Shown here in pieces: positions 41,051-64,000 of a stretch of DNA of 64,000 bases. Under the pieces are notes generated by a model, which ran no database searches, was not told where the DNA came from, and saw only the letters and a list, made by a program, of their open reading frames with translations. A program made the position numbers and the translations under genes. The first letter of the stretch is position 1. Each line of letters opens with the position of its first letter. The stretch comes from the human T2T-CHM13v2.0 reference genome, Homo sapiens: the NCBI RefSeq assembly GCF_009914755.1, contig NC_060931.1, one strand, 5' to 3'.

Positions 41051-41597
41051 CCGGGGACCTTGTGTCGCTCGGTGGGAGCCGGTCTGTGTTTCTGTTTCGC
41101 TAGGGTGTGTTTGGGTTGGTAGAGTTTGTGGGGAGGGGTGCCTCGTGTGGATGGGAGGAATCGGGGAGGCTAAGGCGAGGAGGAGGGGGTTTGAGATGGG
41201 TTGAGGGAGAGGATTGACGGAGGGTGGGGTTTTGAAAGAGTTGGAAGTTTCTTGTTACCTGTGGGTGCGGTGATTGCATTGGGGGGCTTGGTAGGGGCAG
41301 CTCAGGACACCGAAGGAGAGGATGGGGAAGGCTCTCCTGCCCGTAACTTACTTCCCTTTTGGGAGATTTGGTTCCTCTTGCATTGCTAGTTAAGGAAGGA
41401 GAGGCTGGAGAAGCCTGTGCCGTCAGAGAACCTTTGCCCCTTTCCAGAACCGGTGCCATCCCTAGTCTCAGGAACATAAGGGAAGGGGTGGCCCCCAGGA
41501 GCCGGGAGGGGCCTTGAAACCCCTGCTGACAGGTTTGGGGTACCACTTTTTTGTGGGGCAGTGGCTGGTACCATTTGCAGCCCACGGACTTTTTTGA

Positions 41598-42176
<579 letters not shown>

Positions 42177-42284
42177 TAGTGGTCTTTGGGGGTGGGCGAG
42201 CTCTGTGGGGGAGCTTTTGATGCAACATAATCTCCTTTGCAGGTCACCTAACCCATTTGTGGCTTCCTCTACCTGTGCTCAGCC

Positions 42285-54705
<12,421 letters not shown>

Positions 54706-55090
54706 TGCCCCTGCCTCCAGGGCTAGGTAGAGAGGGCCCAGGCAGGCGGCCTATCCTGATCCTTGGAGGAGGAGGAAGAGGAGGCCACTGTGGCCCGTGG
54801 CCCTGCCCTTGGGACGTGGAGCCCAGGGGAGGTTTGAAGGGGATCCTGGGCTTGGGCATCACGCCCACCTCCTTTGGCAGAGGGACCCCAGCACACTAAC
54901 TCTGGGTGGCTGTCCCCACCGTGCAGGGGAGGGAGTCCGCAGCCTCCCTTCACTGGTGCCTTGATGCTAGGGGCCAGGCCTCCTCTGTGACTCTGGGCTA
55001 CCTCAGTTTCCCCATTTTGGCCAGACTCACCGGCCCACTGGGGTGGTGATGTTTTCGTTCTGTTTTATTTTTCTAACTCTGCTGACCATG

Positions 55091-55096
55091 AATAAA
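55091..55096 (+). terminator. SLC12A9: SLC12A9 polyadenylation signal
   Basis: AATAAA about 390 nt after the stop, preceded by a U-rich tract. Confidence 0.8.
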
Positions 55097-55597
55097 AGAC
55101 CAAAACACTACAGGCTGGCTGAGCAGTGCTGGTGGGTAGCTGAGAGGGAGGGGGTGGGAATGGAGAGCTCTGCAGAGGGGTGGAGATCGGAGCCTTCAGC
55201 CTCCCGCCGCGAGGCTGCCACGTGCAGGGCTGGGGTGCGGGGCCCGGACGCATCCGTGGACTTGGAGGCTGGCTCGGGCCCGCACCTCCCATCCCCAGCT
55301 GCCCGCAACCCCCAGTGACTCGGGATCCCCCGGAGAGCCCTCCCCTCTCGGCAGGAGGGGGCTGACTCAGGGAGAAATGGCAGTTTAGGGCCTAGGGGGC
55401 CACGTGACCCTCCCCCAGGAATGTGGTGACGTCATCGGAGGCGTGGTCGTCCCCAAAATTAGGGAGGAAGAGGAAAAAAAAAAGCCAGAAAAAGTTTTCT
55501 TTTCTGGAGTCCCAAACGAGGTGCGGGACGGAAGAGGGGGTGAAGGCCAGAGGCTCGGGGCTTCAAGACCGCTGTCTGGAGTCCCCCTTTCCAGGCC

Positions 55598-61407
<5,810 letters not shown>

Positions 61408-61595
61408 GTCTTCCTAGAAGTACCTGCTGGGTTCTCAGTTCCAGTTCCCATCCTTTGATTGATCACTCTCCCTGACATCCACCTGTATGACTTTGTCACC
61501 AAATGCTGTCTTCTCTTTCTCCAATTAAGAAATAATAATCCCTCGAGTTTACAAAACACTTCCAAGTCTGTTGTCTCATCTGATTCTCCCAGTAG

Positions 61596-61754
<159 letters not shown>

Positions 61755-62699
61755 TGAGTAGCTGGGATTACAGGCGCCCGCCACCACGTCTGGCTAATTT
61801 TGTATTTTTAGTAGAGACGGGGTTTCACCACCTTGGTCAGGGTGGTCTTGAACTCCTGACCTCAAGTGATCTGCCCGCTTCACCCAACCAAAGTGCTGGG
61901 ATTACAGGCGTGAGCCACCGCCCTTGGCCACTGTCTGCATTTTTACATGTGAGGATGTCAGAGCTGAGAGGTGACTCCCCCAGATTGCATGGTTCTTAAA
62001 TGGTGGAACCTGGGTCTTTTTGACTCAGGTCCAGTTTTTTTTGACAACTCTTGTAATCCGTCACTACCCTCCTCTCGGTGCTGGGAGCAAGCACGCCTCA
62101 GGGAGGAGGCAAGATTTCCTCTATGTATCTATTTTGAGACAGGGCCTCACTCTGTTCCCCAGGCTAGAGTGCAGTGGTGCAATCAAGGCTCACTGCAGCC
62201 CTGAACTCCTGGGCTCAAACAGTCCTCCTGGCTTAGCCTCCCCAGTAGCTAGGACCACAGGGGCATCCCACCAAGCCCAGTTATTATTTTTTTGTGTGTA
62301 GATGGGATCTTGCTATGTTGCCCAGGCTAGTCCTGAACTCTTGGGCTTAAGTCCTCCCTCCTCGACCTTCCCAAGTGCTGGGATCACAGGTGTGAGCCAA
62401 TGTGCCTGGCCCTAAATATTCTGTAAAGGGGCCTTGCTATGTTGCCCAGGCAGGTCTCCAACTCCTGGGCTCAAGTGATTCTCCCACGTCGGCCTCCCAA
62501 AGCGCTGGGATTGCAGGCGTGAGCCATCTCAGCTGGTCTTCCTATTAAGTCTCACACTCAATTCACTGAGAGGGGCCTTGGTGTTACTCCCGGGGGTGGT
62601 AATCCATTGAATCTGGGCGGTCCATACTCTGTTTAGGGCGTTAACTTACAGCCTATTTCATCCAAATACTGAGCGGGGTTAAGACTGAGATCTGCCAAT

Positions 62700-63432
62700 T
62701 TTACTTAAAGACGGGGCGTCTTTGTCGAGGAAAAGCAGGAACGGCGGACTTTGCATTTAGTGCGCACTGTGGCACCCAATTTTGGCTGGATATTTGGAGC
62801 AGAAAATGGTGGGATACGATGCTTTAAAATGGTTGCTTCCACCTTCCATCCCCTAAGCGCCTGCGCTTCCCAAGCCCACGCCCTGCCCGAGGAGGGGACG
62901 AAATCACCCCCGGTGAGGTCAGGAGGCCCGTGGGGGGAACATGGCTGGATGAGAACCGTCTTAGGACCCCGACACATCTGGGGTCGCGCGATCCTCGACT
63001 TCCGCTCTCCCTTCGCGCCCAGAGGGCTTGTTCGCCTCCCGAGGCCGCGCTTGGCCCAGCCGAGGTCCCGTAGTTCCTAACGCTCGAGCCGTTATCGTCT
63101 CGAAAAGCCGCGCGAGACTTGCGAGATCCCCGCCCCTTTCCCATCACGCCCTGCTCTCCCCGCCCTTCGCGCTCGGTTTGTTAGTTCCAGTTCCGGCCGC
63201 GAGGGTGGAGCTTTGTGCCTCGGAGGCGTGGGTGACGCAGGCGCAGCGCGGGCTGCGCGCGCTACTGCCCATCCCCGGTTGTCCCACTTTTGTTCGCCTC
63301 TCTTCGGCCCTCTACTCAAGAGCTCCGTCTCCGTCTCGCCCTCCTCGAAGTCCTCGTCGCGCGCCCGCGACCCAGGTCGCCCTGAAATCTAGCCCGTCCG
63401 AGCGCGAGTCCAACGGCCGCGGCCGCACCAAG
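62700..63432 (+). promoter_or_regulatory. SRRT: SRRT CpG island promoter and non-coding exon 1 (donor after 63432)
   Basis: CpG-dense; donor AAG|GTGGGG at 63433; acceptor at 63676 precedes the ATG. Confidence 0.75.
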
Positions 63433-63694
63433 GTGGGGGAGGGGAGGAGCCTGGGGGGCCCCGCTGGGGCGGGAGAGGAACCGGGGTCCACGGGGGCGGG
63501 CGCGGAGAAACTCGGGGCGAGTGGAGGTGTTGGAGCCGCGTTCTCAGGCCTAGGATGGTGGGGGCCGCGGAGGGCTGGCCTTGGCGGGAGGGAAGCGGGC
63601 GAGCTGCCCGCGAGGGACGGTCCCTTCCTCCGCTCGTCCTTTTGCACCACTCCTACCGCCTCTCCCCGGTCCCCAGGCCCCCTCAGACCGTGCC

Positions 63695-63816
63695 ATGGGT
63701 GACAGTGATGACGAGTACGATCGAAGGCGCAGGGACAAGTTCAGAAGAGAGCGCAGCGACTACGACCGTTCCCGCGAGAGAGATGAAAGACGTCGAGGGG
63801 ACGATTGGAATGACAG
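63695..63816 (+). CDS. SRRT: Serrate RNA effector (ARS2), first coding exon; gene continues beyond the window
   Basis: GCCATGG; [41 protein letters not shown]; donor GTGAGC. Confidence 0.95.
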
Positions 63817-64000
63817 GTGAGCCGTTTTTAACTTCATCTTGTCCCCGTTTCATGCCGTTTCACTCCACCCGCGTCGCTTTTCTTTCTCCCCCTTGTAATT
63901 TTTATGAGGGCGAATCCTATGAAATGGCTCATTGGACCGTTTTCTGTGGTTCAGCCTATTTGCTGTTGGCCAAATAACTAGCTGTGGCTTGGTTTTTGAA

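Noticed and set aside
63677-63686. Second AG acceptor 10 nt into SRRT exon 2
   Set aside because: Would alter only the 5' UTR, and usage cannot be judged from sequence.

Overview
This is mammalian (human-type) gene-dense, Alu-rich DNA that I recognise as the 7q22.1 EPHB4-SLC12A9-TRIP6-SRRT cluster. The minus strand carries EPHB4 exons 1-12; the gene runs off the left edge. The plus strand carries complete SLC12A9 (13 coding exons, 2745 nt, 914 aa, one U12-type intron), complete TRIP6 (9 exons, 1431 nt, 476 aa, hosting the mirtron MIR6875) and the first two exons of SRRT. Between EPHB4 and SLC12A9 lie an orphan CpG-rich promoter-like element and an 8.5-kb two-LTR HERV-E/Harlequin-type provirus with a Glu primer-binding site and a mosaic gag-pol-env-pol-env interior. 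The genes are known; no new protein-coding system was found. The most unusual signals are: (1) a ~20-bp-period array in SLC12A9 intron 9 with 13 miR-17-family seed sites; (2) APOBEC3-like editing of the provirus, both G>A in the body and CC>CT in the 5' LTR U3; (3) a perfect 5' splice site rebuilt at the EPHB4 exon 11/12 junction; (4) a perfect 25-bp inverted repeat inside a MER1A element. All coordinates were counted by hand. Repeat subfamily names come from recalled consensus sequences, not a database search.
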